64,000 bases of DNA from assembly GCA_965218435.1 (NCBI GenBank), contig CBDCKW010000009.1, positions 2,688,001-2,752,000 on the forward strand, in the 5' to 3' direction. The position numbers were made by a program, and so were the translations under genes. The DNA is from Truepera sp. Its GTDB lineage: Bacteria; Deinococcota; Deinococci; Deinococcales; Trueperaceae. Shown in pieces: positions 1 to 10,425 of the stretch (position 1 is the first letter of the stretch; each line of letters starts with the position of its first letter). The notes below the pieces were generated by a model that had not been told where the DNA came from, did no database searches, and worked only from the letters and a program-made list of their open reading frames with translations.

Positions 1-168
1 GATAACAACCGAGCAGCCTGAACCACGTGGGGTAAGTTGGATGACCCTGGTGTTTTCGTTCACCTTGGTGTCGTGGTCTACGTTAAACCCGAGTTGGTCT
101 GCGTAAAAGGCTTTAGCGCGGTCCGAATCAGAGACGGGCACGACGACGACCTCGAGCGTCCAGTTCAT
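1..168 (-). CDS. VOC/glyoxalase family protein, 5' part (runs off window start)
   Basis: Hand translation MNWTLEVVVVPVSDSDRAKAFYADQLGFNVDHD...IQLTPRGSGCSVVI; its ATG overlaps the TGA of the upstream VOC gene. Confidence 0.85.
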   Translation of the reverse strand, partial: MNWTLEVVVVPVSDSDRAKAFYADQLGFNVDHDTKVNENTRVIQLTPRGSGCSVVI

Positions 169-566
169 CAGGCGTTTTCTTGTGTCTGGGCGGAGTCGTA
201 AAGCACGAAGATATTGCCATCGGGGTCTCGAGCCTGTACGTCGGTACCGTAGGGTTGGGCATTGGGCTCGCTTAAGAATGTGACGCCCTTGGCCTTGAGG
301 TCTTTGTAGGTGCTCGCTATATCCTCCACGTTAAACATCAAGCCGGTGTTGCCACCCACCTTTTCCGGGCTCCAGTTGCCGTAACCGTGCGTGAGGATAA
401 GGGCGGTACTAGAGCCCTGCGGCACGACCTCGACCCAGCGGTGCCCCTGGTCGTCCATCGGTTCGTCGGTACGTTTTTCAAAGCCGAGTTTGCCCACGTA
501 AAAGTCGATAGCTCGGTCTAAATCGCTGACGAAAATGTCTGCCGAATAAACTTTGGTGATGCCCAT
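168..566 (-). CDS. VOC/glyoxalase family protein
   Basis: IFVSDLDRAIDFY..KLGF and ARDPDGN motifs; GGAGG RBS upstream. Confidence 0.9.
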   Translation of the reverse strand: MGITKVYSADIFVSDLDRAIDFYVGKLGFEKRTDEPMDDQGHRWVEVVPQGSSTALILTHGYGNWSPEKVGGNTGLMFNVEDIASTYKDLKAKGVTFLSEPNAQPYGTDVQARDPDGNIFVLYDSAQTQENA

Positions 567-660
567 GTTGAACCTCCGAGGTGAAGTTTACCGAGAGCCG
601 AACCGGATTCGCTTCTCGAAAATTGCGCGTTTAGGCGACCTGCAAAGAAGTGACGCGGTA
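519..660. repeat. Degenerate direct repeat, copy 1 (araC 3' end + promoter + VOC 5' end)
   Basis: Colinear with 1410-1551 at offset 891; includes an identical 26-mer TTCGCTTCTCGAAAATTGCGCGTTTA (608-633 = 1499-1524). Confidence 0.85.
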
Positions 661-696
661 GCGCAATAGTTCCGCTACGAGCGCCGAGCCTACTGG

Positions 697-1389
697 CTAT
701 TTCTGCAACTCGTACTCGTCGTGCCGCCGAATTTTCGAAAAGGCGTCAGCTTGGGGCCAGCCCGCCGGAACCTCTTGCCAAAACTCTTGGCGTCCATAGG
801 GGGCAATATCGAGATGCCCCGCGATGCTTGACAGCAACTCGACACCACGATTCCTCGTCAGGTATGTCAAGTAAGGTTTTTCGTTTAGTTGCAGATAGAC
901 GCTGAACCCCGAACCCTCGCCGCCGTCAGGCCCGGTCCACCCCCAGTCCTGGTTAAACGTGCAGTCATAAGAGGAAACCCACGGCACATTCCAGCCCATA
1001 CGTTCTGAATACGCGAGCAATTTTTCGATAGGGGCGCGCGAAACCCTGGTAAAGCTGATGTCGTAAGGGCCGAAATGTGCAAGGTGCGGCACGCAGTTAT
1101 CAGCGTCGTCTGAGCAGAATGGGCACCCCTGTTCCCATGCAGGATCGAACATGAAGTGGTGCAAGATGAGTTGCGATCGGCCCGCGAAAAGCTCGAGCAG
1201 GGTGGTCGGCCCGTCTTCGCCGGTGAAGGTGTAGTTTTCAACCTCCGTCATTGGTAGACGCCTGCGCTGAACCGCAACCGCGTCTCGCAACCGCGTTTCT
1301 GCCTTCTCCAACGGGAGGAGGGCGTTACGAGCGTCGTTCCAGGTCTCGCGCGTGACGATGGGTGGGTGTGCCTTTGACGTATCAATCAT
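697..1389 (-). CDS. DUF899 family thioredoxin-like protein
   Basis: RRRLPM, LLELFAGRSQLILHHFMF, GCPFCS and LDIAPYGRQE motifs; start placed at ATG 1389 after a GGAGGAG RBS. Confidence 0.85.
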   Translation of the reverse strand: MIDTSKAHPPIVTRETWNDARNALLPLEKAETRLRDAVAVQRRRLPMTEVENYTFTGEDGPTTLLELFAGRSQLILHHFMFDPAWEQGCPFCSDDADNCVPHLAHFGPYDISFTRVSRAPIEKLLAYSERMGWNVPWVSSYDCTFNQDWGWTGPDGGEGSGFSVYLQLNEKPYLTYLTRNRGVELLSSIAGHLDIAPYGRQEFWQEVPAGWPQADAFSKIRRHDEYELQK

Positions 1390-1457
1390 GCGTCTCTCCT
1401 CCGGTCGCAAAGATTGCTTACAAAAACGTCCGCTGAATACAGCTTGGTGATGCTCAT
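1386..1457 (-). pseudogene. 23-codon truncated VOC N-terminus (MSITKLYSADVFVSNLCDRRRDA*), coupled to the DUF899 start
   Basis: Paralogous to MGITKVYSADIFVSDL of 168..566; has its own GGAGG RBS; stop overlaps the DUF899 ATG (ATGA). Confidence 0.7.
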
Positions 1458-1551
1458 GTTGAACCTCCGAAATGAAGTCTAACGAAGGGCGCGGCAGCTT
1501 CGCTTCTCGAAAATTGCGCGTTTAAGCAGCCCGCAATGAGGTCGCGCGGTA
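1410..1551. repeat. Degenerate direct repeat, copy 2
   Basis: See 519-660. Confidence 0.85.
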
Positions 1552-2451
1552 GTAAGCTGGGGACACGCCCAGCTGCGTCTTAAAAAGCGTGCTGAACGAG
1601 CCCAGGCTCTCAAAACCAATATCGAAACAGATGTCGGTGACGCTCCGGTCGGTGTGCTCGAGGAGAAACCGGGCGTGCTCAAGCCGCTTTTTCGTCACCA
1701 GCTGATGGGGCGTTTCGCCGTAAACCCGTTTGAACAGCCGCAAGAGGTGATGCGGCGACAGTTCGGCGGCCTCGGCAATCCGGGACAGGCCGATGGGTTC
1801 CAAAAAACTCGCCTCGATAAAGTCGCGGGCACACCAGAGCCGACGGTAGGCTTCGACTTTAGTTGCGTAACGCACTGCCGGAAGCTTTTCGATTTCTCTA
1901 TAAATATCGTAGTGCAGGTGCAGCAGGCGCTCGAGAATCGGGTGGAAGAGGGTCTCGAGGGCGCTCTGGCTCTCGCGTAGGTCTCGAGAGTCGACCTCAT
2001 AAAGATGCCCTTGCAAATGACCCAGGAGCGAAGTCAGAACCGGGTCGTTCGGATAGGTTCGTTCAAAAAATTCTAGCGGCTTACCGGATGTTCCAGGATC
2101 GTCCAAAAGGCGTTCGGTCGGCGTCGTCAGGCTCGCTGCAACCTCTGCGGCAAGACCGCTGCGAAACATCAGCAGAAACACTTCGGCGTCATCTTCAACC
2201 GCGTGAGCGTGACGCTGTTTATCGTTTAAGAGGAGGTAGCGGCCCGGTGTCACCGCAAACCGTGCCCGGCCTACCTCGTTGATCTCGCACCCGCTGCGGA
2301 CGGTTTTCAGCGACAGCGGCCCCGAATGTTCAAGGTAGGTCACGCCGGACGCCCGCCCGCACATGATCATATTGGGCCAGCCGAGTGTCGGACAAGGCGC
2401 GTTCATATCGAGACCCTGCTGCTGCGGTTCGCTGTAATCACGGACGATCAT
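1522..2451 (-). CDS. AraC family transcriptional regulator
   Basis: C-terminal double HTH (LSPHHLLRLFK...RLEHARFLL...SVTDICFDIGFESLGSFSTLFK). Confidence 0.93.
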   Translation of the reverse strand: MIVRDYSEPQQQGLDMNAPCPTLGWPNMIMCGRASGVTYLEHSGPLSLKTVRSGCEINEVGRARFAVTPGRYLLLNDKQRHAHAVEDDAEVFLLMFRSGLAAEVAASLTTPTERLLDDPGTSGKPLEFFERTYPNDPVLTSLLGHLQGHLYEVDSRDLRESQSALETLFHPILERLLHLHYDIYREIEKLPAVRYATKVEAYRRLWCARDFIEASFLEPIGLSRIAEAAELSPHHLLRLFKRVYGETPHQLVTKKRLEHARFLLEHTDRSVTDICFDIGFESLGSFSTLFKTQLGVSPAYYRATSLRAA

Positions 2452-2520
2452 CGTTCTCCTTAGCTATCGCTAAAAACGGTTTCTGACGTCGAGGCTCTAT
2501 GCGTCCAAAGCCTTTTGAAA

Positions 2521-2880
2521 CTAAGCTTCCGGCTCCGCCCATACCGCAAACTCATTCCCACTCGGCTCGGTAAAGTGAAACCGTTTGCCACCGGGAAACG
2601 TATAGATCGGCCTAACGACCCGACCACCCGCAGCGGTAACTTTGGCAAGCGTTTCTTCAAGGTGCTCGCTGTAAAAGATAAGGAGCGCACTTCCGGCATC
2701 CGTACGTGCGACAAGCTCGGAGGTGAAAAAGCCACCGTCGAGACCTGCATCCGAAAAAGCAGCATAGTCAGGGCCGTAATCTACAAACGACCAACCGAAC
2801 GCAGCCTGAAAAAACGCTTTGGTTGCCCCTAAATCTTTAGCTGGATATTCGGCGTAATCGAGTTTTTCGTGCGTCGCCAT
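2521..2880 (-). CDS. VOC family protein
   Basis: KLDYAEYPAKDLGATKAFFQAAFGWSFVDYGPDY...FPGGKRFHFTEPSGNEFAVW; start at MATHEK after a GGGAG RBS. Confidence 0.88.
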   Translation of the reverse strand: MATHEKLDYAEYPAKDLGATKAFFQAAFGWSFVDYGPDYAAFSDAGLDGGFFTSELVARTDAGSALLIFYSEHLEETLAKVTAAGGRVVRPIYTFPGGKRFHFTEPSGNEFAVWAEPEA

Positions 2881-2894
2881 ATCGAACTCCCTCT

Positions 2895-2921
2895 CAAGTA
2901 CCTTAAATATTAAGGTACTTG
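2895..2921. promoter_or_regulatory. Perfect inverted repeat CAAGTACCTTAA-ata-TTAAGGTACTTG, candidate operator
   Basis: 12-bp arms just upstream of the VOC RBS in a divergent intergenic region. Confidence 0.5.
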
Positions 2922-3023
2922 GAGTGTAACTGAACTCACCTAGAAACGCAAGTCCTTCGGGACAAAAACGAAACTGCAAACCGGACTACACACTTACCTT
3001 ATTTATTTAGGTATTATTCCTGT

Positions 3024-3266
3024 ATGAGCGATAACCCTAAACTTCAAAACGACCCGCAAGATAACGCCGTCAAAGACCCGAGCGAGTGGGTCACCGGGGA
3101 CGAACCCGCAACCGGGGCGCAGCTCTCGTACTTACACACGCTCGCAGAAAACGCTGGTGAAGAAGTGCCGGAGGGTCTTAATAAAGCGCAAGCCTCCGAG
3201 CTGATCGAGACGTTACAAGCCAAAACCGGGCGCGGTCAAGAACAGAAGAGCTCAGACGAAGGCTAA
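3024..3266 (+). CDS. DUF3072 domain protein
   Basis: KDPSEWVTGDEPATGAQLSYLHTL...LNKAQASELIETLQ; leaderless-type TATTAT 6 nt before the ATG. Confidence 0.8.
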   Translation: MSDNPKLQNDPQDNAVKDPSEWVTGDEPATGAQLSYLHTLAENAGEEVPEGLNKAQASELIETLQAKTGRGQEQKSSDEG

Positions 3267-3343
3267 ATTTAGCAGACTCGAGAGTCGGGTAGCAACAGCC
3301 GCCCGACATCTTTTACTGCGTTTAGAACGTAGAATGGAGGTCT

Positions 3344-5383
3344 ATGGCGCTCTCTGTCGAATCCCCATTTACGCCTAAAGGTGACCAGCCGCAAGCTATC
3401 GAAGGTCTTGTCGAAGGTTTAGGTGATGGTCTGCGCTACCAGACGTTACTCGGCGCGACCGGCACCGGTAAAACTTTCACGATGGCGAAAATCATCGAAG
3501 AGACGCAGCGCCCCGCCCTTATCTTAGCGCCGAACAAAATCTTAACGGCGCAGCTCGCCGCCGAGTTCCGCGACTTTTTTCCGGGAGCCGCCGTCGAGTT
3601 TTTTATCTCGTACTACGACTATTATCAACCTGAAGCGTATGTTCCGGCTAGAGACCTCTTTATCGAAAAAGACGCGAACATCAACCAGGAGTTGGAGCGC
3701 CTTCGCCACTCAACAACCCGCAACCTCCTGACGCGGCCCGATACGATTGTCGTCGCGTCGGTCTCGGCGATTTACGGTTTGGGTTCGCCCGATACCTATC
3801 AGCAGCTCAACATGATCTTGCACCTCGGGATGAAACGCTCGCGTGAAGAGATTTTAGACCGACTGGTCGTGCAGCAGTACGAACGCAACGACGTTGAACT
3901 CGCCGCCGGACGCTTCCGGGTCAAAGGGGACGTGATCGAAGTCTGGGCCGCCTATGACGAAGCGCCCCTCAGGGTTGAACTTTTTGGTGACGAGATTGAC
4001 CGGCTGGCGATGATTGACCCTGTCACGGGCAATGTCCTCGCCGAGTTAGAAACGACCACGGTTTTTCCTGCTAAACATTACGTGACGCCGTTTGAACAGC
4101 TCGAGCCCGCCATCGCGCAGATTGAACACGATTTAGAAGAGCGGCTTGACTTCTTTGAACGTTCAGGCAAACTGTTAGAGAAACAGCGGCTCAAAGAGCG
4201 CACGCTGTACGACCTCGAGATGATGAAAACGCTCGGCTACTGTAACGGCATCGAAAACTACTCGCGTTACCTAGACGGGCGGCCTCCCGGCACTGCGCCG
4301 AACACGCTTTTAGATTATTTTCCTGACGACTTTATCACCTTTTTAGACGAGTCGCACGTCATGTTGCCGCAGGTCCGCGGGATGTTTAACGGCGACCGCG
4401 CCCGCAAACAGACGCTCGTGGATTACGGCTTCCGGCTCCCTGCTGCGCTCGACAACCGCCCGCTTAAAGAAGACGAGTTTTTGCAGCGTATCGGGCAGAC
4501 GGTGTTCGTCTCCGCGACGCCTGCCGCGTGGGAATACGAGCATTCGGACAAGATCGCCGAACAGATCATCCGCCCGACTGGACTCGTTGACCCCGCAATC
4601 ACTGTAAAACCCTCACGCGGCCAGATTGACGATTTAGTTTTTGCCATCAAAGAGCGGGCTAAACGAGGCGAGCGCGTGCTGGTTACAACCCTGACGAAAC
4701 GGATGTCCGAAGATTTGGCCGAATACTTCGCGCAGCAGGGCTTGCGGGCGCGGTATATGCACTCGGACATTGACACGATTGAACGTCAGGTGATTATCCG
4801 TGATTTGCGCCTCGGCCACTTTGACGCGCTCATCGGCATTAACCTTTTGCGTGAAGGTCTCGACTTGCCCGAAGTCTCTTTGGTCGCTATCTTAGACGCC
4901 GACAAAACCGGCTTTTTACGGAGCGGACGTTCGCTCATCCAGACGATTGGCCGCGCCGCGCGTAATGTGAGCGGGGAGGTGTTCCTCTACGCCGACGTGT
5001 ATTCTGACGCGATGAACGACGCTATCGGGGAAACCGAGCGCCGCCGGGAAAAACAGTTGGCGTACAACGAGGCGAACCACATCACGCCGGAAACCATCCG
5101 TAAACGCATCCGTGACGTCATCCGCGGTGAAGAAGAGGGTGCCGAAGCGATTGAAAAACTCTCACCGTGGGAGCGTGAGCTGGCGCAAGACGATATGAAG
5201 CAGGAGTTGGCGCTACTCGAGACTGAGATGTGGAAAGCCTCGGAAGACCTCGACTTCGAGCGGGCGGCGGCGGTGCGTGACCGGATTCGTGAGGTTGAAG
5301 CGAAGCTTCAGGGGAAAGAGGTGCAGCTGGTGAGTGTGCCCGGGAAAGAACCGAAGCGGGTGAAGGCGCGGGCGCGGCGCTAG
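3344..5383 (+). CDS. uvrB: Excinuclease ABC subunit B
   Basis: [37 protein letters not shown] and C-terminal UVR domain. Confidence 0.98.
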   Translation: MALSVESPFTPKGDQPQAIEGLVEGLGDGLRYQTLLGATGTGKTFTMAKIIEETQRPALILAPNKILTAQLAAEFRDFFPGAAVEFFISYYDYYQPEAYVPARDLFIEKDANINQELERLRHSTTRNLLTRPDTIVVASVSAIYGLGSPDTYQQLNMILHLGMKRSREEILDRLVVQQYERNDVELAAGRFRVKGDVIEVWAAYDEAPLRVELFGDEIDRLAMIDPVTGNVLAELETTTVFPAKHYVTPFEQLEPAIAQIEHDLEERLDFFERSGKLLEKQRLKERTLYDLEMMKTLGYCNGIENYSRYLDGRPPGTAPNTLLDYFPDDFITFLDESHVMLPQVRGMFNGDRARKQTLVDYGFRLPAALDNRPLKEDEFLQRIGQTVFVSATPAAWEYEHSDKIAEQIIRPTGLVDPAITVKPSRGQIDDLVFAIKERAKRGERVLVTTLTKRMSEDLAEYFAQQGLRARYMHSDIDTIERQVIIRDLRLGHFDALIGINLLREGLDLPEVSLVAILDADKTGFLRSGRSLIQTIGRAARNVSGEVFLYADVYSDAMNDAIGETERRREKQLAYNEANHITPETIRKRIRDVIRGEEEGAEAIEKLSPWERELAQDDMKQELALLETEMWKASEDLDFERAAAVRDRIREVEAKLQGKEVQLVSVPGKEPKRVKARARR

Positions 5384-5823
5384 GCTTCTCGGACCGTACG
5401 TTTAGTGTGTTTTTCTACGTCTTGTTCGTACGCTTCAGTGAGTAGCGGCACTACTGTTTGAAACGTCGCCTCACTCGGATTTAGGATACAGACCCACGAC
5501 ATCGGCGCGTAGATTGGATGCGGCATGAGCGTGCCCAACGTGGTGTAGTCATAGCCTGTATCAATGATCCCGCCGTCTTTGGCAAAAATGGGCTGAAGGC
5601 CAAACAGTTCTTGATACGTTGCTCGCTTGACTCCGATGTTAAGCCGGAAGACGCCAGGGCGTTCTAAATCCGAAGCTGTGTCGTAAGCATCGTTAACAAC
5701 GAGCGTTGCGAAAGGGAAACGGCGCTCAGAGGCGTAAAAAAAGAAAGTATTGTCGGAATTATCGGTAGTTTCGACACCTTTGAACGTTTCGACTATCGTG
5801 CGGCTGACCTCAGCCTCGTCCAT
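5380..5823 (-). CDS. DUF6194-like conserved protein
   Basis: [25 protein letters not shown] and [18 protein letters not shown] motifs; start MDEAEV after GGAGG. Confidence 0.65.
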   Translation of the reverse strand: MDEAEVSRTIVETFKGVETTDNSDNTFFFYASERRFPFATLVVNDAYDTASDLERPGVFRLNIGVKRATYQELFGLQPIFAKDGGIIDTGYDYTTLGTLMPHPIYAPMSWVCILNPSEATFQTVVPLLTEAYEQDVEKHTKRTVREA

Positions 5824-5949
5824 AAAACCTCCGAACTTGTAAGTATAGGGCGCGAGGACGAAGCAGGTCAAGCTAGAGTTCTACGGTACCCGCCAACCGC
5901 TTCAAATCCCCCGCTAGCATCTGAAACCCACACCCGTCACACTTTCCTT

Positions 5950-6558
5950 ATGACTAAAACAGAGACAGACGCCTACCCGCTAAACGCCGAGCAGTTGGGA
6001 CTTCTCTTCAATCTCCCCTACTACGGCGCACTCTACTTGTTCAAAGAACCGCTGACCCCGAGCGAAGTCGCGCGGCGAATGCAGGTTCCGGCCAACGCGA
6101 TGCACTACCGCGTCAAGCGGCTCTTAGACGCAGGACTTTTAGAAATTGTTGACGATAGCAGCCGTTCGCGTACCTATAAAAGCGTCGCTGAGCGGTTTTT
6201 GCTTTCTCCCGAAGTATTACCTGCCGTAACAGACGCCTTACCTGCTATGTTCGACACGATGCTCAGCAAACTGCATCGCAATTTTTTAGAGCGAATGGAA
6301 ACAGATTTAAGGGGTTTGGAAGCGTTACTCGAGGACGGTCCCATTACGTTTGAGCTGAGCGATTCGTTGACTTTGGGTTCCATCAAGCCTCACGACTATC
6401 CAGTTTTGGCGTCCATCTCTACGAGAAGCTTGAGCGCCGAACAGTTTCAAAAGGTCACGCAAGCTGTCAACGCTATTTTGGAAGAAGCGCCGGTGGAAGA
6501 GGGCAAAAAGCGGTGTACGCTGGCATTTCTTGCCTACCAAGGTGAGGGCGCAATGTAA
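5950..6558 (+). CDS. Winged helix-turn-helix (ArsR-like) regulator
   Basis: PLTPSEVARRMQVPANAMHYRVKRLLDAGLLEI. Confidence 0.75.
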   Translation: MTKTETDAYPLNAEQLGLLFNLPYYGALYLFKEPLTPSEVARRMQVPANAMHYRVKRLLDAGLLEIVDDSSRSRTYKSVAERFLLSPEVLPAVTDALPAMFDTMLSKLHRNFLERMETDLRGLEALLEDGPITFELSDSLTLGSIKPHDYPVLASISTRSLSAEQFQKVTQAVNAILEEAPVEEGKKRCTLAFLAYQGEGAM

Positions 6559-6613
6559 GCTCCCAGCTATTCTTGAGGGCTGTGGTAGTCTCCTGTTATA
6601 GGAGGACGACTGC

Positions 6614-7114
6614 GTGACGTTTAAGGTAGGCGACAGTGTGGTGTATCCCTCACAAGGGGCAGGCCGAGTTGACGAGATTGCGACACGGGTCATCCTCGGC
6701 GAAACCCACGAATATCTCAAAATAAGTTTTGTTCGCGGCGATATGGACGTGTTGGTACCACTTAAAAAAGGCCAAGAGGTCGGTTTACGGCATACGATTA
6801 CAGCCGGAGATTTGGAAACTGTCTGGGACGTAATGACTAAAGGTGAGCTCGAGCTGCCCGCCCAGTGGCCCCCGCGTTACCGCGCCGAACAAGAGATTTT
6901 GGCCGCTGGCGACGCCTTTGCGCTCGCCCGGCTGATCGGTACCTTGGCCGAACGTGACCTCGAGAAAGGTTTGGCCGCAACCGAACGCGAGATTTTAGAG
7001 GGCGCTAAAGTGTCCCTGGCGAGTGAGCTCGCCGTGGTACAAAACATAAGTTTTAGCGACGCCCAAACGCAGCTTAACGACAAGCTCGAGACGCACTTGG
7101 GGGCGAACGCCTGA
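6614..7114 (+). CDS. carD: CarD family RNA polymerase-binding transcription factor
   Basis: FKVGDSVVYPSQGAGRV N-terminus; conserved W in LPAQWPPRYR. Confidence 0.88.
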   Translation: MTFKVGDSVVYPSQGAGRVDEIATRVILGETHEYLKISFVRGDMDVLVPLKKGQEVGLRHTITAGDLETVWDVMTKGELELPAQWPPRYRAEQEILAAGDAFALARLIGTLAERDLEKGLAATEREILEGAKVSLASELAVVQNISFSDAQTQLNDKLETHLGANA

Positions 7115-7161
7115 GCGGGAACGAACCGAAAAAATTAGCGACGGACTTAACGGCGCTGCCC

Positions 7162-7977
7162 TTGACCAACTCGCGCCGCGTCCGTGATCTGCTGACACGC
7201 TACGGGCTACGCGCTGACAAAAGCTTCGGGCAAAACTTTCTCGTTGATACCGCCGCACTTTCGGCGATCGTCGGCGCAGCTGAGCTGACCAAAGACGACA
7301 CGGTACTCGAGGTCGGCCCTGGTTTGGGGGTGTTGACGCGGGAACTCGCAGCGCAAGCGGGCCGAGTGGTCAGTGTCGAACTTGATGAACGGCTCTTGCC
7401 GGTCCTTGCCGAAACCCTCACAAACTTGGATAACGTTGAGCTGATCTGTGGCGACGGGCTTACGTTCGACCTCTCGCAACTCCCCGAAAACAGCATGTTC
7501 GTCGCCAACTTGCCGTACAACGTGGGGACGCCCATTTTGGTCCGGGCACTCGAGTCCGGCCGGTTTAAGCGGCTTGTCTTTCTGGTGCAAAAAGAGGTCG
7601 CCGAGCGCCTCAGTGCCGCACCGAGTACGCCCGCTTACGGTGCGCTCAGCTTAATCGTCGGACACTTCGGTACGGTTAGAAGCGTTCGTGACGTGAAGCC
7701 GAGTTCGTTCGCGCCGCCCCCAACGGTGACGAGCAGCGTCGTCCGGTTGGACGTTCGTCCGGGCGCACAACCCGACCGGCAGCTTGTCCGGCTCATTCAT
7801 CAGGCGTTCGCGCACCGCCGCAAAACACTCAAAAAAAATCTTTTAATGGCGGGGTATCCGGCGGCGCAAGTCACTCAGGCACTGGGACATTCGGCCCTTG
7901 ACGTGCGCGTCCGCGCTGAAGCACTCGAGCTCAAAACATTTTACAAATTGCAAGAAACTCTAGCAGAATCGGCCTGA
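7162..7977 (+). CDS. rsmA: 16S rRNA adenine dimethyltransferase
   Basis: KSFGQNFL, VLEVGPGLG, ANLPYN, QKEVAERL and F.HRRKTL motifs. Confidence 0.95.
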   Translation: MTNSRRVRDLLTRYGLRADKSFGQNFLVDTAALSAIVGAAELTKDDTVLEVGPGLGVLTRELAAQAGRVVSVELDERLLPVLAETLTNLDNVELICGDGLTFDLSQLPENSMFVANLPYNVGTPILVRALESGRFKRLVFLVQKEVAERLSAAPSTPAYGALSLIVGHFGTVRSVRDVKPSSFAPPPTVTSSVVRLDVRPGAQPDRQLVRLIHQAFAHRRKTLKKNLLMAGYPAAQVTQALGHSALDVRVRAEALELKTFYKLQETLAESA

Positions 7978-8208
7978 CGAGTGATTATTTTCGCTCGTTA
8001 CCTAGACCATGCGTCACAGAAGCAAAAAAGCATGTTATAACTGATTTGTAGCCTAAGGATGCGGTAGGCAGAAGGTAAAAAATGAGCTATACTGCCCGGT
8101 AGCAAAGAAGACCAAAACGCTGGGTAGTTGGTCACACGCTGCCCCTTCCCTGCTGGCCGCATATAACGTAGGCCACCTTATGTAGGTTACCTTTTGGTAT
8201 GGAGTTAC

Positions 8209-9156
8209 ATGACTAAGTTTTTTGTGGTGGGTGACGTTACCGTTGATCAGATGTATTTTGTCAACGACCTGCCCGACAACGGGGGAGAAGTTGCGGCAAG
8301 TCGCGCGGTGCTCGAGCCGGGGGGCGCGGGCGGTACGTTAGCTACGGCGCTCGCGCGGCTCGGCAACGAGGTCGTCTTAGCCGCGAGAGTCGGTAAGGGG
8401 CCGTTCGCCGAACTCGCCCTTAAACACGTGACAGAGGCGGGGGTTGATACCCACCTAGTCCAGACCGATCCCCATTTGCAGACGAGCAGCGTCACCCTGC
8501 TGATCACCCCCGATACGCAGCGCACGATGATCTCCGGCGGCGGCGCGAGCCGTAACCTAGACGCGACGGATTTTCGCAGTGAGCAGATCGCTGCATGTGA
8601 CGCGCTCGTGGTGAGCGCGTACAGCCTCGTCGGGGGGCCGCAGCGTGAGTACGCGGTGCGGGCGCTCGAGACCGCCCGCCGCGCCCGTCTGACGACCTTT
8701 ATCGATATGGGCTCGGGAGCCGCCGACGCCCTCCGCGAACGGCTTCTGGCGTTAGTGAGTAACGTAGACTATCTGCTGATGAACCGCCGCGAACTCTACG
8801 CCCTGACCGGTGAGGGTTCGATTTCAGTCGCGGTCGCCGGACTCGCCGCCCGGGGCATCAAACGCGTTTTGGTTAAACTCGGCGAGATGGGCTCGATGGT
8901 CATCACCCCCGAAGTGACCGAACTGATCGAAGCGTTTGAAATTGACGGGGTGTTAGAGTCTACCGGAGCTGGCGACTACTACACCGCCGCTTTCGCGCAC
9001 GGCGTGATGCAAGGCTACGACCTGCACTACGCCGCCCGTTTGGGCAATATCGCCGGAGCCCTCAACGTCACGGCGATTGGCGCGCAGAGCTGCGTGATTG
9101 ACGCGCCCACGCTCTACCGCTACGCCGACAAAGCGCGTAGCACCAGCCGCGCGTAG
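8209..9156 (+). CDS. PfkB family carbohydrate kinase
   Basis: PGGAGG..A.ALARLG N-terminal and ESTGAGDYY C-terminal PfkB signatures. Confidence 0.88.
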   Translation: MTKFFVVGDVTVDQMYFVNDLPDNGGEVAASRAVLEPGGAGGTLATALARLGNEVVLAARVGKGPFAELALKHVTEAGVDTHLVQTDPHLQTSSVTLLITPDTQRTMISGGGASRNLDATDFRSEQIAACDALVVSAYSLVGGPQREYAVRALETARRARLTTFIDMGSGAADALRERLLALVSNVDYLLMNRRELYALTGEGSISVAVAGLAARGIKRVLVKLGEMGSMVITPEVTELIEAFEIDGVLESTGAGDYYTAAFAHGVMQGYDLHYAARLGNIAGALNVTAIGAQSCVIDAPTLYRYADKARSTSRA

Positions 9157-9487
9157 CTTGAAAGCGTCAAATAAGTGTGGGGAACTTACCCAAAGCTGCT
9201 GAGCGTTGTCGGGCTTAGCCAAAGCAAAAGCGTACCGGTTAATAGTTCGGTTGCAGCGTAAGTGAGCTAGCTGGGCCGTGTTGCTATTTGTTTTAATCAC
9301 GATGTTTTAAGTGCGTGAGAGACCCTTGTTCTATTAGGGCCAGCCACTTCTCAATTCTTTATTCTTGCCTCTTAAGGCACACGGCACGGTTTTGAAAGCT
9401 CAACAGAACCTAAAGCTGACAGTTGCCGTAAAGCACCTACCTAACGTCTATACCTTTTACGAGAAGGTCTAGCGCGTACACTGTCTT

Positions 9488-10417
9488 ATGCGCTCTATTT
9501 TTGCTGTATTTGCCGTTTTTGCGTTTATCTCACCTAACTTCCAAATCGCCGCAGCAGAGCAGAGCGGCCCGAATTATGGCGAGCGGTTCGATACGGCCTG
9601 GAACCTGGTTGCCGAGCGGTACTGGGACACGAGCTACGGTGGCAACGACTGGGAGGCGCTCGGGCGAGAATACCGGCCCGAGGCCGTGGCCGCAAAAAAC
9701 GACCGGGCCTTTTACCGGGTTTTAGAGCGTCTTTACGGCAAGCTCGGCGATCACCACTCAGTCTTTGTTCCCCCGGCTAAGGTAACGCAGGTGCGGCGGC
9801 AGTACGGCGATCTGCCGTGTTTGGGGGTGTTCGGGCTGGCAGAGCATGAACAGAAGCTGGGGCATGTGAGCTACCGGCTCGAGGATAGTGTCGGTATCTT
9901 GACCCTACCTGACCTGGCCACGACCGGCGTATCGGGCGACCTCCGCGAGGCGGTACGGCAGCTGAACCGACGGGGAGCCCACGCGTTCATCCTCGATTTG
10001 CGGGGCAACCCCGGCGGCCGACTCGTCGAGATGATGGGCGCGGCAGGCGTGTTTACCAGGGGCTTTTTGTGGCGTACCTTGACGCGCTGGGCGCTCCCTC
10101 TTCCCTATCCGGCGCTCGGCCCGGTCGAAACCGACGCGCCGCTCGCCGTTTTAATTGACAAAGACGTTAACAGCGCCGCTGAAGGGTTGGCGGGCGTGTT
10201 GCAAAACACCGGGCGTGCCCGCATCTTTGGTCAAACGAGTGCGGGCAACGTCGAGGCGGTGTTGCCTTTTTGTCTCCGCGACGGCTCGCAGGCGTGGATT
10301 GCCACCGGGGTGTTGGCTCCGCTGCGCGGCCCCACTTGGGAGGGGCGCGGCGTCATCCCTGACGCGCCCTCGAGTCACGCCCTGCAAGACGCGCTCAGCT
10401 ATTTGCGCGGCCTCTGA
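9488..10417 (+). CDS. S41 family peptidase, secreted
   Basis: Signal peptide; ILDLRGNPGG, SAAE and GQTSAG motifs. Confidence 0.85.
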   Translation: MRSIFAVFAVFAFISPNFQIAAAEQSGPNYGERFDTAWNLVAERYWDTSYGGNDWEALGREYRPEAVAAKNDRAFYRVLERLYGKLGDHHSVFVPPAKVTQVRRQYGDLPCLGVFGLAEHEQKLGHVSYRLEDSVGILTLPDLATTGVSGDLREAVRQLNRRGAHAFILDLRGNPGGRLVEMMGAAGVFTRGFLWRTLTRWALPLPYPALGPVETDAPLAVLIDKDVNSAAEGLAGVLQNTGRARIFGQTSAGNVEAVLPFCLRDGSQAWIATGVLAPLRGPTWEGRGVIPDAPSSHALQDALSYLRGL

Positions 10418-10425
10418 CGGCTAAC

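Noticed and set aside
5859..5872. Weak match to the uvrB 3' end (CGAAGC.GGT.AAG) beyond the DUF6194-like gene
   Set aside because: Only 12/14 nt, so it could be chance; not counted as a gene-end scar.
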